DNA from: the human T2T-CHM13v2.0 reference genome, Homo sapiens
Length of the DNA stretch: 64,000 bases
Direction: 5' to 3' (one strand)
Assembly (NCBI RefSeq): GCF_009914755.1
Contig: NC_060935.1
Shown: positions 51,156 to 64,000 of the stretch, in pieces
Position numbering within the stretch: position 1 is the first letter of the stretch
Layout of the letters: every line of letters begins with the position of its first letter
Made by a program: the position numbers and the translations under genes
The notes under the pieces: generated by a model
Seen by the model: only the letters and a program-made list of their open reading frames with translations
Databases searched by the model: none
What the model was told of the DNA's origin: nothing

Positions 51156-51557
51156 TGTTAGAGCAATTTGGATTCAGAGAACCTAGGTTGTGGGATACAC
51201 TCTGCTAATTGCTAACTCTGCGTCCTTTGAAAAGCTACTCAGTTTCTCTGATGCTTCACGTGCTTGCCATGCCTACTGTATAGTGGACATATATGATGAA
51301 TCATTCTGAAAAGGATGAAGAGAAATACAAATGTAATAATTCAGCAGCAGAGGCAGGACTGCAGAACCTCCCCACCAATTGTGAGGCAGGATTGCAGCAG
51401 CCTCTGCGCTGGCCTCCAGCCTCCATCCTCAGCCCTTTTTAGTCCATTGTTTGAAATAGAAAGCAGACTTGTTTTTCAGAAATATTTCTTTCAGCATATG
51501 TTCAGCTATATGACTTCCCTAATCAGGAATTTGTGAGATCTCACCATCACCTTCTTC

Positions 51558-51718
51558 TTTTTTTAAAAATAGACACAGGTTCTCACTCTGTTGCTCAGGC
51601 TGGAGTGCAGTGGCACGATCATAGCTCACTGTTACCTCGAACTCCTGGTTTCAAGTGATCCTCCCTCCTCGGCCTCCCAAAGCACTGGAACTGCAGGTGT
51701 GAGCCACTGCACCCAGCC
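51558..51718 (-). mobile_element. Alu monomer / internally deleted AluJ
   Basis: TSD CTCACCAT(C/T)ACCTTCT. Confidence 0.85.
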
Positions 51719-53325
51719 TCACCATTACCTTCTACACCAAATCCCCAAACTGCCTAGCTCTAAAGCCAGTCATGATGTCACCCTGTTAAATCCCCCACAC
51801 CAGTCCCTGTCAGGCATGCCTGCCCAGACAGCTGGTTTCCTCCTCGTGGGCCCTGTCTTTGCTCAGACTCTTTCCCCACCTTCTGCTCCCCAATCTCCAC
51901 TCCACTTATCTCTTTCTTACCCATCCTAAGTCTTGGCTCAGCTTTACTTCCCTTACAAAGCCCTCTGTACCTGCTCCAACCCACCTGCCTTACTTTTCCA
52001 AAAGTTTTCCACCTAGTAACCAGCCCCACACAATTTAATATCAACTTACTCACCTTTTTTTAAAAAAATGGATTTTAAATTTGGGCTCTCTAATGAGCTT
52101 GCAAACTCCTTGGTTTTATAATAAGCCCTTTAAAGACAGGTTCATACCAAGGACTCGGCTCAAGGCTCACTTTGTGCAAGAAGCTTTTCCCAACCCTTCC
52201 CCTTATGATTCACCCCTGCCTGATGACACCCTCCCTCAAGCCTCCTCTCCTCATACAGGTTTTTTTCAGAGCACCTAGAACTCTTTATATTACTTTTTGT
52301 TTATATACCTTTTCCCACTAGCTAAGCAAAAACTCTAAAGCAGGAACCATATCTTAATTACAATCTGGTCCAGGTTCAATTTTGTCATACCACTTACAGA
52401 TTTTTTTAAAATTTGTAAACAATTGAGAACATTTCTATTTACCTTTTCAGACTACAAAGATCGTAAATGATGGACTTTTCATTGTGACCACTAAGAGTCA
52501 TCAAACCAAGACTCAAGACAAATAGGAGGTCTAAAAATCTCTGTCTCAGGAAGTTCTTTGAAATAGGAATCCGAGAACAAACAGAAGTACATCAGCTGTT
52601 CCAGGCAATAGACTGATACAACATAAACATAAAAATCACTAATGAAAATATCACTAGCTAACATATGTTAGGAAAAGAGACAAGAGCTTTGTTTCTCTTT
52701 CAGCTTTTCACTCACATGCCTTGAAAAGCTGAAATAACTGAAAGACAGAAAGAATTCTAGAGTACAATACTGGGAGTACACAATATTAACATCAAGAATA
52801 AGAATTATTTTTCAAACTGACTTAGGCCTATGTTTATTAAATGTCTTATTATTTTTAGTGTGGGGTGAATATGGAGTCAACTAGAAAAGAATTCATCATA
52901 ATTTTTACTCATTCAATGTAAAAATATCCTCCAAAAAATATTCTTGCATCAATACATAACTATCAGAGCATCAAACAATTGGAAACCTTGTCATTGCTGG
53001 TACTTACATCTGGGCAATTGGAAATGATGATGTGACTGGCATGGTGGCTCTACGATGTACTAACCATTGTCTTTGTTTTGTTTGGCTTATATATATGTGC
53101 TCTTCTAATTTGCATGTATAATTGCCTAATGCCAAGCAATTACCCACTTTCCTCACACACTGATTTATACATGCAGGAATCCCTCCCCTTCACTAATCTT
53201 TCAAACCTCCACCCAGAGTTGCATCAAACAAGGGCCCAAGTACCTGCCAAATGCCTTCTCTTAGACTAAATTATACATTTCTAACTAGTCTCAGTATATC
53301 CTTACATTTTATCTCCTTTAAACAC

Positions 53326-53500
53326 TAGTATTTCTCAAAAGATTATCTGAGGATCAGAATCACCTGGGTTGCTTGTTAAAAATGTAAATTCCTGGGTCCA
53401 CCCAGACCTACTGAATCAGACTCACTAGTAGTATCAGGAATCTGCATTTTCAACAAGTACTGTCTGACAATGCATATGCATGAGAAGGTTTGTAGCCACA
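53326..53500. mobile_element. MER5A/B (hAT-Charlie)
   Basis: ATCAGAATCACCTGGG...CCCAGACCTACTGAATCAGA...GGAATCTGCATTTT. Confidence 0.82.
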
Positions 53501-53627
53501 AGTTTTTTGGTTTTCAAATTTTACTTTCCTAAAGATTTGAGGCCCATTACCTCACAACAGTATAGTACAAAATAAAGGTGGTTTTGTGATTACCAAATTC
53601 TCAAAATGAACATTCAGGACTAGCTAA

Positions 53628-53993
<366 letters not shown>

Positions 53994-54196
53994 TAAATGT
54001 TCCTCTATGTGTTGTTGAATGTGTATTTGCTGAGTATAGGAGAAAGGAAGTTTTCCATGCTTCTCTGCAGCTCCTTCCCAGAAGCTAAGAGAATTGGGCT
54101 AATACCTATTTGGTGGTATAGAAAATTGCTCAAGCAGAGATTGCAAAGACTTCTGTCTTAGAGAGCTGCTCTCTGCAAGCCAAAGTCACATCCTCT

Positions 54197-54352
54197 GGCC
54201 TGGTGCAGGGGCTCACACCTGTAAACCCAGCTACCTGGGAGGCTGAGGCAGGAGGATCGCATGAGCCCAGGAATTGGAGGTTACAGTGAGCCATGATCAT
54301 GCCTGGGTGACAGAGAAAGATCCTGTCTCAACAAAACAAAACAAAACAAAAG
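54197..54352 (+). mobile_element. FAM/FRAM-like monomer with (CAAAA)n tail
   Basis: TSD CAAAGTCA. Confidence 0.8.
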
Positions 54353-54373
54353 ACAAAGTCAAATTCTCTGTGT

Positions 54374-54486
54374 GAGAGAGAGGGGGAGGGGATCAGAGAA
54401 GGGGGAGGAGAAAAGGAGGAAAAGGAGAGGGAGGAGGAAGAGAGGAAAGAGGAGGGGAAAGAGAAGAGAAAGAAAGGAGAGGGAGC
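54374..54486. repeat. GA-rich low-complexity polypurine tract
   Basis: Almost exclusively G and A for ~110 bp. Confidence 0.8.
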
Positions 54487-54627
54487 AAGTCCAGGGCTGA
54501 AGGCTGATTCCAGCAACCATTGTCCTTGAGAATTATTCCTGCCTGAATTAGTCCTCTATACTCAAACTCCTTTTGGGATCTTGGTATCTCACAGTGATAC
54601 ATGATCTTTGCTGATATTATCCTATGT

Positions 54628-54885
54628 ATGTGATTCTTAAGCAGGGGCAATTTCTCTTCACACCCACCCCAGTGGGGACAATTGGCCATTCCCTAGACAT
54701 TTTTGATTGTCACAGCTCCAGGGATGGGTTGGGGAGGGATTGGCGGTAGAGGGGGTGGGTAGCTACTGGCATCTAGTTCTTAGAAAACAGAGATCCTACT
54801 AAACCTCCTTCAATGCTCAGGATGACCCCTGAAGATAAGGAATCATTCAGTGCAAAAGGTCAATACTGCAAGGTTGAGCAGCTTT
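54628..54885. mobile_element. MER20
   Basis: AGACATTTTTGATTGTCACA...GCTACTGGCATCTAG...GGTTGAG. Confidence 0.75.
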
Positions 54886-54959
54886 CTTCTATTTGATATT
54901 GTTCTGCCTGATCAGCCTGATGTGTGACCCTGGTCATTCCCTACCTCCCATCCCACTCC

Positions 54960-55598
54960 CTTTGCTATCAACTGGAACATGTTTCTGTTTATGTCTTCCA
55001 CCCACAAATGTAATGCCTTTTCCATCTTAATTCAGCATTTATTATGCGCCGTGGCCATAACTTTTGCAGTCTGAGGTGTAAAAGCAAGACTAGCACACAT
55101 TTCTTTTTTCTCCTTCAAAATTTCACTGATAGAAGATTTGTTTATATAGTTGATCTTAGCAAACCCCCTCATTGTATGAATTTTTTTCTTTCCTTATTAA
55201 GTTGAGAACTCTCACCCTTTCACTTAAAGGAAGCACTTTACAACTTCTCTTTGGCATGACTGAATTTCCAGCATCACTACTGTTGTGCTTTGGGGCCATT
55301 ATGAAATAAAACAAGGGTGACTTGAACACGAGCACTGTGAGACCTCAACCGTCAATCTGATAATCAAGACAGCTGCTAAGTGACTAAGGTGCAGGGAATG
55401 TAGACAGCATGGATACACTGGACAAAGGGAGGATCCATATCCTGTGTGGGATGGAGCAGGATGGTGTGAGATTTCATCACACTACTCAGAAAAGTGTGCA
55501 ATTTAACACTTATGAATTGTTTATTTCTCGAAGTTTCCATTTAATATTTTCGGACCGCAATTGCAAAAAGTGCAGTCTTAGATAAAGGGGGCCTATTG
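54960..55598 (-). mobile_element. Tigger2/MER28-type TcMar-Tigger fragment
   Basis: CACTTAAAGGAAGCACTTTA, GAGATTTCATCACACTACTCAG, terminus GATAAAGGGGGCCTATTG followed by TA. Confidence 0.85.
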
Positions 55599-55697
55599 TA
55601 TGTGGGCTCATGAGCAGCTAGGCTATAAAAGAGGCTCAGCCTTGCACTGTTGCTCCCCTGCAGAAAAGCTCGGATGTTATTTCTCTCCATTTTCTTC

Positions 55698-56025
<328 letters not shown>

Positions 56026-56590
56026 CTTTTTTAGATAAGCTGATTTTCAGACCTCTTATTGAAGAACTGAGTAAAATAATAAAATTCCAAGTAATTCTTA
56101 TAGCTATTTTTTATTTACCTTTGAAAGTGATATTGATATTTTTATTGATATACTTCTCTGCCAAACATTTGCCTGACTTGGCTTTCTAAATGAAGCTATT
56201 TGGAATGGATCTGCAGACCCTATGGTGGTGGTAGACAGGAAGTACCCAGGAGAGTGCAGAATTGGAGGGCAAGAAAGGAAAAGAGTGTCATACTCTGGTG
56301 ATCATGCCATGCTTTTATAAGACATGGATTACCACAATAGCCACAAAATTTTGTTTCATTTTTTTTTCTTTGGAGGGAGGGGATAAGAAACTAAAATGAA
56401 TATTCTATTTGACAATGTTTGCTTCAGACTTGAAAAATCCATCATGTGCAAAATGTCAAGCCTCAAATAGGACAGTAGACTACCCAGGATTTTGAATAAT
56501 TTAATTCAGTATTTATGTCCATCCCAGGAACATGGTGAGGAGTCACAGATCAAAAGTGCTGCATTCTCCCACTTTCCTGTAATATAATAG

Positions 56591-56797
<207 letters not shown>

Positions 56798-56829
56798 TAA
56801 TCTTTGCAGTAATTCTATGAAGATTATTA

Positions 56830-57669
56830 CCCAAATTTCACAGTTCTAAGAAGCACATTTTCCCACCACCGAATGTCTCTGAAACCAGGACGGATCATAT
56901 AGTGTCCCATAGTCACTGTCCGCAAGACAGCAGCTACACACTGATTGTCACTGCCTGCTCATCAGCAAATTTGGTTGTCACTTTTTGTGGCATGAAAGTA
57001 GCAGCATCGAAGTATGGCTTGGAGGAAAATCTTGGAGGCAATTGTAGGGTTGTCTTGTAAGAGCTAAGCGTCATCAATGCTCTTGATGGCATACACGCCA
57101 ATATTATATAGAAAAGTAGGGACATCAGTGACTGTGAGTCAAAAGCAATTCAGAAAAGTCTTACTGGGCAGATCACCTGAGGTCAGGAGTTCGAGACCAG
57201 CCTGGCCAACATGGTGAAACCCCATCTCTATGAAAAATACAAAAATTAGCCGTGTGTGGTGGCGTGTGCCTGTAGTCCCAGCTACTTGGGGAGGCTGAGG
57301 CAGGAGAATCGCTTGACTCTGGGAGGCGGAGGTTGCAGTGAACTGAGACGGCGCCATTGCACTCCAGCTTGGGCAACAGAGTGAGATTCCATCTTAAAAT
57401 GAAATAAAAGAAGAGTCTTACTATGTTGTATTTGAGGAATACATTAAGTAATTTATTTTGCTAAGACTTTTATTTTTATCTGTGCATTACGGCGACATAT
57501 GATTAAAACCTGTCTAAATGTATTGAAAGAGCTCTTTCAGTAAGTATGAAATAAAAATTCTACATTACAAGAAAGCATTGTGTCTTAATGGCAGTGTTTT
57601 ATTTTTACTTGTACATGAAAGAACAATGAGTCTTACAATATATGGATTATTAGATTCATTGAAATATGG
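56830..57669. mobile_element. Kanga1/MER104-type TcMar-Tc2 DNA transposon inserted in a MIR
   Basis: Degenerate TIRs CCAAATTTCA...TTCTAAG and TTAGATTCATTGAAATATGG flanked by TA; internal CATCAATGCTCTTGATGGCA. Confidence 0.65.
57166..57412 (+). mobile_element. 5'-truncated AluS
   Basis: TSD AA(A/G)AGTCTTACT. Confidence 0.92.
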
Positions 57670-58078
57670 TATTATCCCCTTCCTGTCCATAAAGAAAATG
57701 AGCCTCAACGATATTATCTTTTGCAAGGTCACAAAACTATTAAGTGGCAGAACTAGGAGGTGACCCTAGGTCTCCCGAACTCCACAACCTGTGCTTATTT
57801 TCCATTGCATTGTATTGAGCCGCTACTGAATTTTTATTAAAAATCACAGACTACTCTGTTTATTTTCACTAACATTTTGTGGATCTAAAATGAAAACTAG
57901 CTAATGTTTTTAAAAATCTTCCTAAGTTCTTTTACAATGTGATACATGAACTCAATAAATTTATTAATAAGACTTTTGACTTTGTGGAAGCAAAATTTAA
58001 CCCTTTGTTTCTATTTTACTGGAGCTTGTCCAAGCATTTTGTAATTTAAAAGAAGGAATCAACATTTACTAAGCTTCA

Positions 58079-58530
<452 letters not shown>

Positions 58531-58767
58531 GAGTGTGGATTTACCTCCCCAATATGCAAAATCAATAAAATGTATTAACTTATCATTATTAAATGCTGCT
58601 GAACCAAAGTTACATGTGTCTGGCAAGGAAGAATTTAATGCAAACTTTTTTCCTTTACATATACTTCTTTTATATTGTAGTGTTTGGTGTTAAATAGCAT
58701 GGCTGGTTCTTAGGCAACCACAGCCAGACATAAAACTATCCTAACTCCTCGGTGATACTCATGTCAG

Positions 58768-59075
<308 letters not shown>

Positions 59076-59192
59076 TTATGTGGATATTAATGCTGCATTA
59101 GGTTTCTCAACATCCCTGCTTCCATTGACAAAGGAGCAATTTCACGCTGTGCTCTGATTAGAAGCACTGGAGATGTCCAACGAGCCTTTAAA

Positions 59193-59233
59193 GCAGGGGT
59201 TCCCAACCTGGGGGCCACACAGCAGCAGGTGAG
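59193..59233. mobile_element. MER1-like hAT terminal fragment
   Basis: CAGGGGTTCCCAACC...GGGCCACACAGCAGCAGGTGAG resembles an internally deleted MER1 5' end. Confidence 0.5.
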
Positions 59234-59364
59234 TTCATATTTTAGAGAAGTCAGAAGTGTTTCTGAGTTTCTATTTCAGAGAAGTCAAGCTATTCATTCT
59301 TATATAAGTTATTATCAGATTAAACTTCAAAAACCTTTATACTTCTAGAATGAAAAGTAATTTT

Positions 59365-59642
59365 AGGTTGGGCATGGTGGCTCACGCCTGTAATCCCAGC
59401 CCTTTGGAAGTCTGAGGCAGGAGGATTTGTTGAGCCTGAGAGTTTAAGAACAGCCTGGGCAACACAGGGAGACCCTGTCTCTACAAGAAATTTTTAAAAA
59501 TTAGCTGGATGTGATGGTGTGTGCCTGTAGTCCCAGCTACTCCCAGCTACTCATGAGGCTGTGGCAGGAGGATGGCTTAAGTCTGGGAGGTCAAGGGTAG
59601 GTGACACAGCGAGAGCCTGTCTCAAAACAAAACACAACAAAC
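59365..59642 (+). mobile_element. AluJo
   Basis: Dimer with a 10-bp duplication (TCCCAGCTAC) and a right-arm deletion. Confidence 0.9.
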
Positions 59643-60438
59643 TTTAAAAAAAAGTGCACAAATAACAAGATTAAGATGATCATACACAGTTTACTTATGT
59701 AACTAGTAAAATTTAAGAAGCTGTTATACATTCAGATTTCATTATTGTGTTAATGCTCAGTAAGACATGCCAAATGAATTATTATTGTACTGAACAGGCA
59801 GAACATGTATAGCCTACTTGTGCTGATGAGTCATGATTTTTAAGTTTCCGCTTATAATGCGTATCAATCAGTCACTATGTGATGACTAAATTAAAATTGG
59901 TAAAAGACCTTATAGCCATTGATAATGGGGGAAGAAATTATGTTTTATGCTCTATTCTTACTCTACCCAGATCATTACCCAATAGTCTAGTCTGGGCCAC
60001 ACTTACAGGGATATATATACAAGTATTGGTTATTTAGTAACTCTCCAGGTCAACAGGTGGCATGAGAAGAAGCTACTTCTGAAAGAAGTATTAAGGATAG
60101 TGTCAAGTCAGTTCAAGAAGCTTATGTGAAGGGCCTACCATTAGCCCAGCATGTCAAAGTTGAGAAGTGCATTAATTCATTCACTTATTCATGCATCAAC
60201 TATATCCTGGACATCTATTGTGTGGAAGACACCTTGTGGGAAGCCAAAATTGCTAAAGATTATTAGCTAGTTGAGAAAACTTAGTTGTGCTGCTGTCTAC
60301 ACAAAAAGGTTGAAAAGGGCTGAAAAAGACAAGTGGCCTATTTCTTTCTTACCAAAGTCCAGGCAAAATGCTTTGCTTATCAACACAGTGCCATATTAAT
60401 AAGGTTTTAAGCTTTTTTTAAAAAAAAAAAAAAACTAA

Positions 60439-60759
60439 GGCTGGGTGTGGTGGCTCACACCTGTAATCCCAGCACTTTGGGAGGCTGAGGCAGGTGGATC
60501 ACGAGGTCAGGAGTTGAAGACCAGCCTGGCCAAGACGGTGAAACCCCGTCTCTACTAAAAATACAAAAAATCAGCCAGGCGTGGTGGTGGGCATCTGTAA
60601 TGCCTGCTACTTGGGAGGCTGACGCAGAGAATTGCTTGAACCCAGGAGGCGGAGGTTGCAGTGAGCCGAGATCACGCCACTGCACTCCAGCCTGGGTGAC
60701 AGAGTGAGACTTTGTCTCAAAAACAAAACAAAACAAAACAAAACAAAACAAAACAAAAC
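60439..60759 (+). mobile_element. AluSg/Sc-like with (CAAAA)n tail
   Basis: Full dimer; TSD AAAACTAA. Confidence 0.94.
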
Positions 60760-61118
60760 TAAAGTTTTTGGTTTTTTCTGTGATTTGAAGCTCTTTTTTT
60801 TCTTTTTATCTTCTTTTTTTTAAATTTAAAAGGTTTTTTCCTTGTTGCTACTATCTAGTCAATTATATTGCTTACGAGATAACAGAATTCATGTTATCTC
60901 AAGAGCAACTGTCATGCTGATTGTGTTAGGAGAGGCTTTTCCAAGGGAAAACTTTTTTCTCTCATCCTCACTTCCAATAGCTATTCACAATAATTTAGGG
61001 CATGTTATTTGAGTGAATATTTAATTTAGGAATAAATATAACTCCTAATAATGCATACAAAAGATTTATGAAGTGAGAGAAAATACTTATGACATTTCTT
61101 CCATGGTCATAAAACTAA

Positions 61119-61450
<332 letters not shown>

Positions 61451-61480
61451 CAAGATTATATAAATTTTAAAAAGCAAATA

Positions 61481-62132
<652 letters not shown>

Positions 62133-62743
62133 CTATTATTTACCTGAGAAGCAAAACAAACTGGATATTCCAACTGAAAATGTGACTGTTATGACTCATA
62201 ATTCCTGCTGGATTTCAAATCCTATTGTCTTATGATTACCTCATTGGAGTTGTGTGAATCACCTTGTCTTCCGTGCGTTGACTAACTAGAAAGAACCTCC
62301 TGGTTTCTCCTGAGAGATTGCTTTCTTTTTGTTGTGGTCACCATCACCATGACACTGCAATAGGGCGATCACATTCCAGAGCAGTGGATGGTGTACTAAG
62401 CCAGGAGCCTGAATTAGGGATAGCATAATTCCATCCTATTCCTTAAATATTAGGTGAGCAGCTACTCAGTGTAATGCTCAGTATAGTACTCCATGGTCTT
62501 TTAAAACTTTGCAACCTGGCAGAGGAGTAGAAAATGTAAGGGAACAGCTGAAAAAATGGGCCAAGATAAAAGGTTTAATCTTCAAACTTTCAGTGTTAAT
62601 CAAGCCCCTCTTAAATTGAGATGAGGACTGACCTAAACACAATTATTTTCCCTTTTTGGGATAGGAAATCCTAAGACAGTTCCCAGGGCTTGAGGCTATC
62701 ACTAAGAGCTACTTAAGAGTTTCTGAACTATAAGATCTGGCGT

Positions 62744-62917
62744 AATTAGCCAGGCGTGGTGGCTGCCAGGGCCTGTAGTCTCAGCTAATGGTGTGTGTTG
62801 TGGGGAGTGAGAGGATAAGGAGGGAGGATGGAATTGTTTGAGCCAGGGAGTTCGAGGCTGCAGTGAGCTATGGTTGGGGGCCCCTGCACTCCAGCCTGGG
62901 CGACAGAGTTGAGACCC
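62744..62917 (+). mobile_element. Alu right monomer (J/FRAM-type) with G-rich insert and no poly-A
   Basis: AATTAGCCAGGCGTGGTGG...GCGACAGAG. Confidence 0.8.
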
Positions 62918-64000
62918 AAGATCCAGTCTACATCCCTCAAATTTTTCATGATGCCCAATGTTTTCCTTTGTAAGCAGGGCTTAGATTCCAAATAGATTCC
63001 ACTAAAACTGTGAATGAGAAACAAGGCAAAGTCTTGTTCTCCTTCTCCAGTGTGTTCCCCTCAATGCTCTAAGAGCATTATTTGTTAATGGAACATCATG
63101 TTTGGGTACAAGGGGAGGCGAAGGGAAGAGGGAAGGAAGGAGAAGGCAAGGAGGATGACTAAAGGTACTTCAGTGGTTCAGAAAGAGGTAGAAGATTTAC
63201 CTGTTGGCTACTGCCTTGTTAGCCTACTAGATGCAGATGCTGTTTGTGGGCAGGAAAAGCTTGTCATCTTGCAAAGGTGCACAGGAGGCAAGACTTTTTT
63301 TTCCCTATGTCCTTTCTGTATTTTCTGTTAACACCAGATGCACACCAGAGATGTTCTAGGCAGGTTAAAAGTGGCTTGGGATTATATCTGATTAGCAAAG
63401 AGTTAATGAATTTATGGCAAAATTCTGAGTGAATTAAAAAAGAAAGTCAGCTGCAGCATAAGCTTCCTAAGCCACTTATGCAGGATGCTTAAGGACAGTC
63501 TAACCTGTTAGAGAATCATTACAAGGTATATACCACTCTATCCCTTTCCTTACCTCTTGTAAGCTTCTGTGGCATAATGAGACTTCATGTTTATTTTAGT
63601 GTATATATTTGTTGGAGTTACTAATAAAATAAGAAATTAAAAGAGAACATTTTTTAAAAATTCAGATACGTTTGAATAGACAAAAGAAAGAGGCATTTGT
63701 TTAGGGATTAGAGGTAGGTGGATGGGGGTGTGTATGCCCCCACATACTCATTTGTGGAATTTGTGATGCATTTTTAAGGAGGAACAGTCCTGGTAACCAT
63801 TAAGAAATATTTCTGCCAGACACATTTGTTTTCCTAGAGTGTTCTTAGGACAGTATTCTGAGAATATTTCAGTCTGCTTCCACTTAGCACTTGAAATACA
63901 CAAATCCTGAACAGAAAAGGTTCACATTGCGTAGTCCCCTGCCTGAAAAATAATCATATCCAGTTTTCACTGGAGTTTCTGGGAAAGCTGAAAATTTCAC

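Noticed and set aside
63925-63950. Faint resemblance to antisense U1 snRNA
   Set aside because: The match is too short and not collinear.

Overview
Primate, almost certainly human, genomic DNA at the 5' end of EXPH5 (exophilin-5/Slac2-b, a Rab27 effector; 11q22.3 from recall), transcribed on the minus strand. The only supportable coding sequence is the 119-nt coding part of exon 1 (39060->38942, MTKVPPAFDFSFLNDEEAGKILQVLERNEELQRAEKDRI), in a CpG-island promoter (~38260-39430). Positions 1-38941 are intron 1 and everything to the right is upstream sequence. The rest is dense interspersed repeat: over 45 Alu/FLAM pieces, a nested L1 block at ~19-32 kb, MaLR/ERV LTRs, L2/MIR and DNA-transposon fossils. 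Almost all ORFs in the track are repeat-derived artefacts. The most unusual signals are three locally templated inverted copies tied to minus-strand Alus: (i) a 143-bp inverted copy of an Alu's own 5' flank inside that Alu, (ii) an Alu at 29.7 kb carrying an inverted copy of the 5' flank of another Alu 2 kb away, and (iii) a fold-back hairpin inside that second Alu. Other candidates are an alternative first exon at ~13.85 kb, upstream non-coding exons at ~52.4-53.1 kb, a uORF, a Gly19 allele and a G-rich 21-bp VNTR. I cannot support a new protein-coding or RNA-gene system. Repeat subfamily names come from recalled consensus sequences, and repeat boundaries are approximate.
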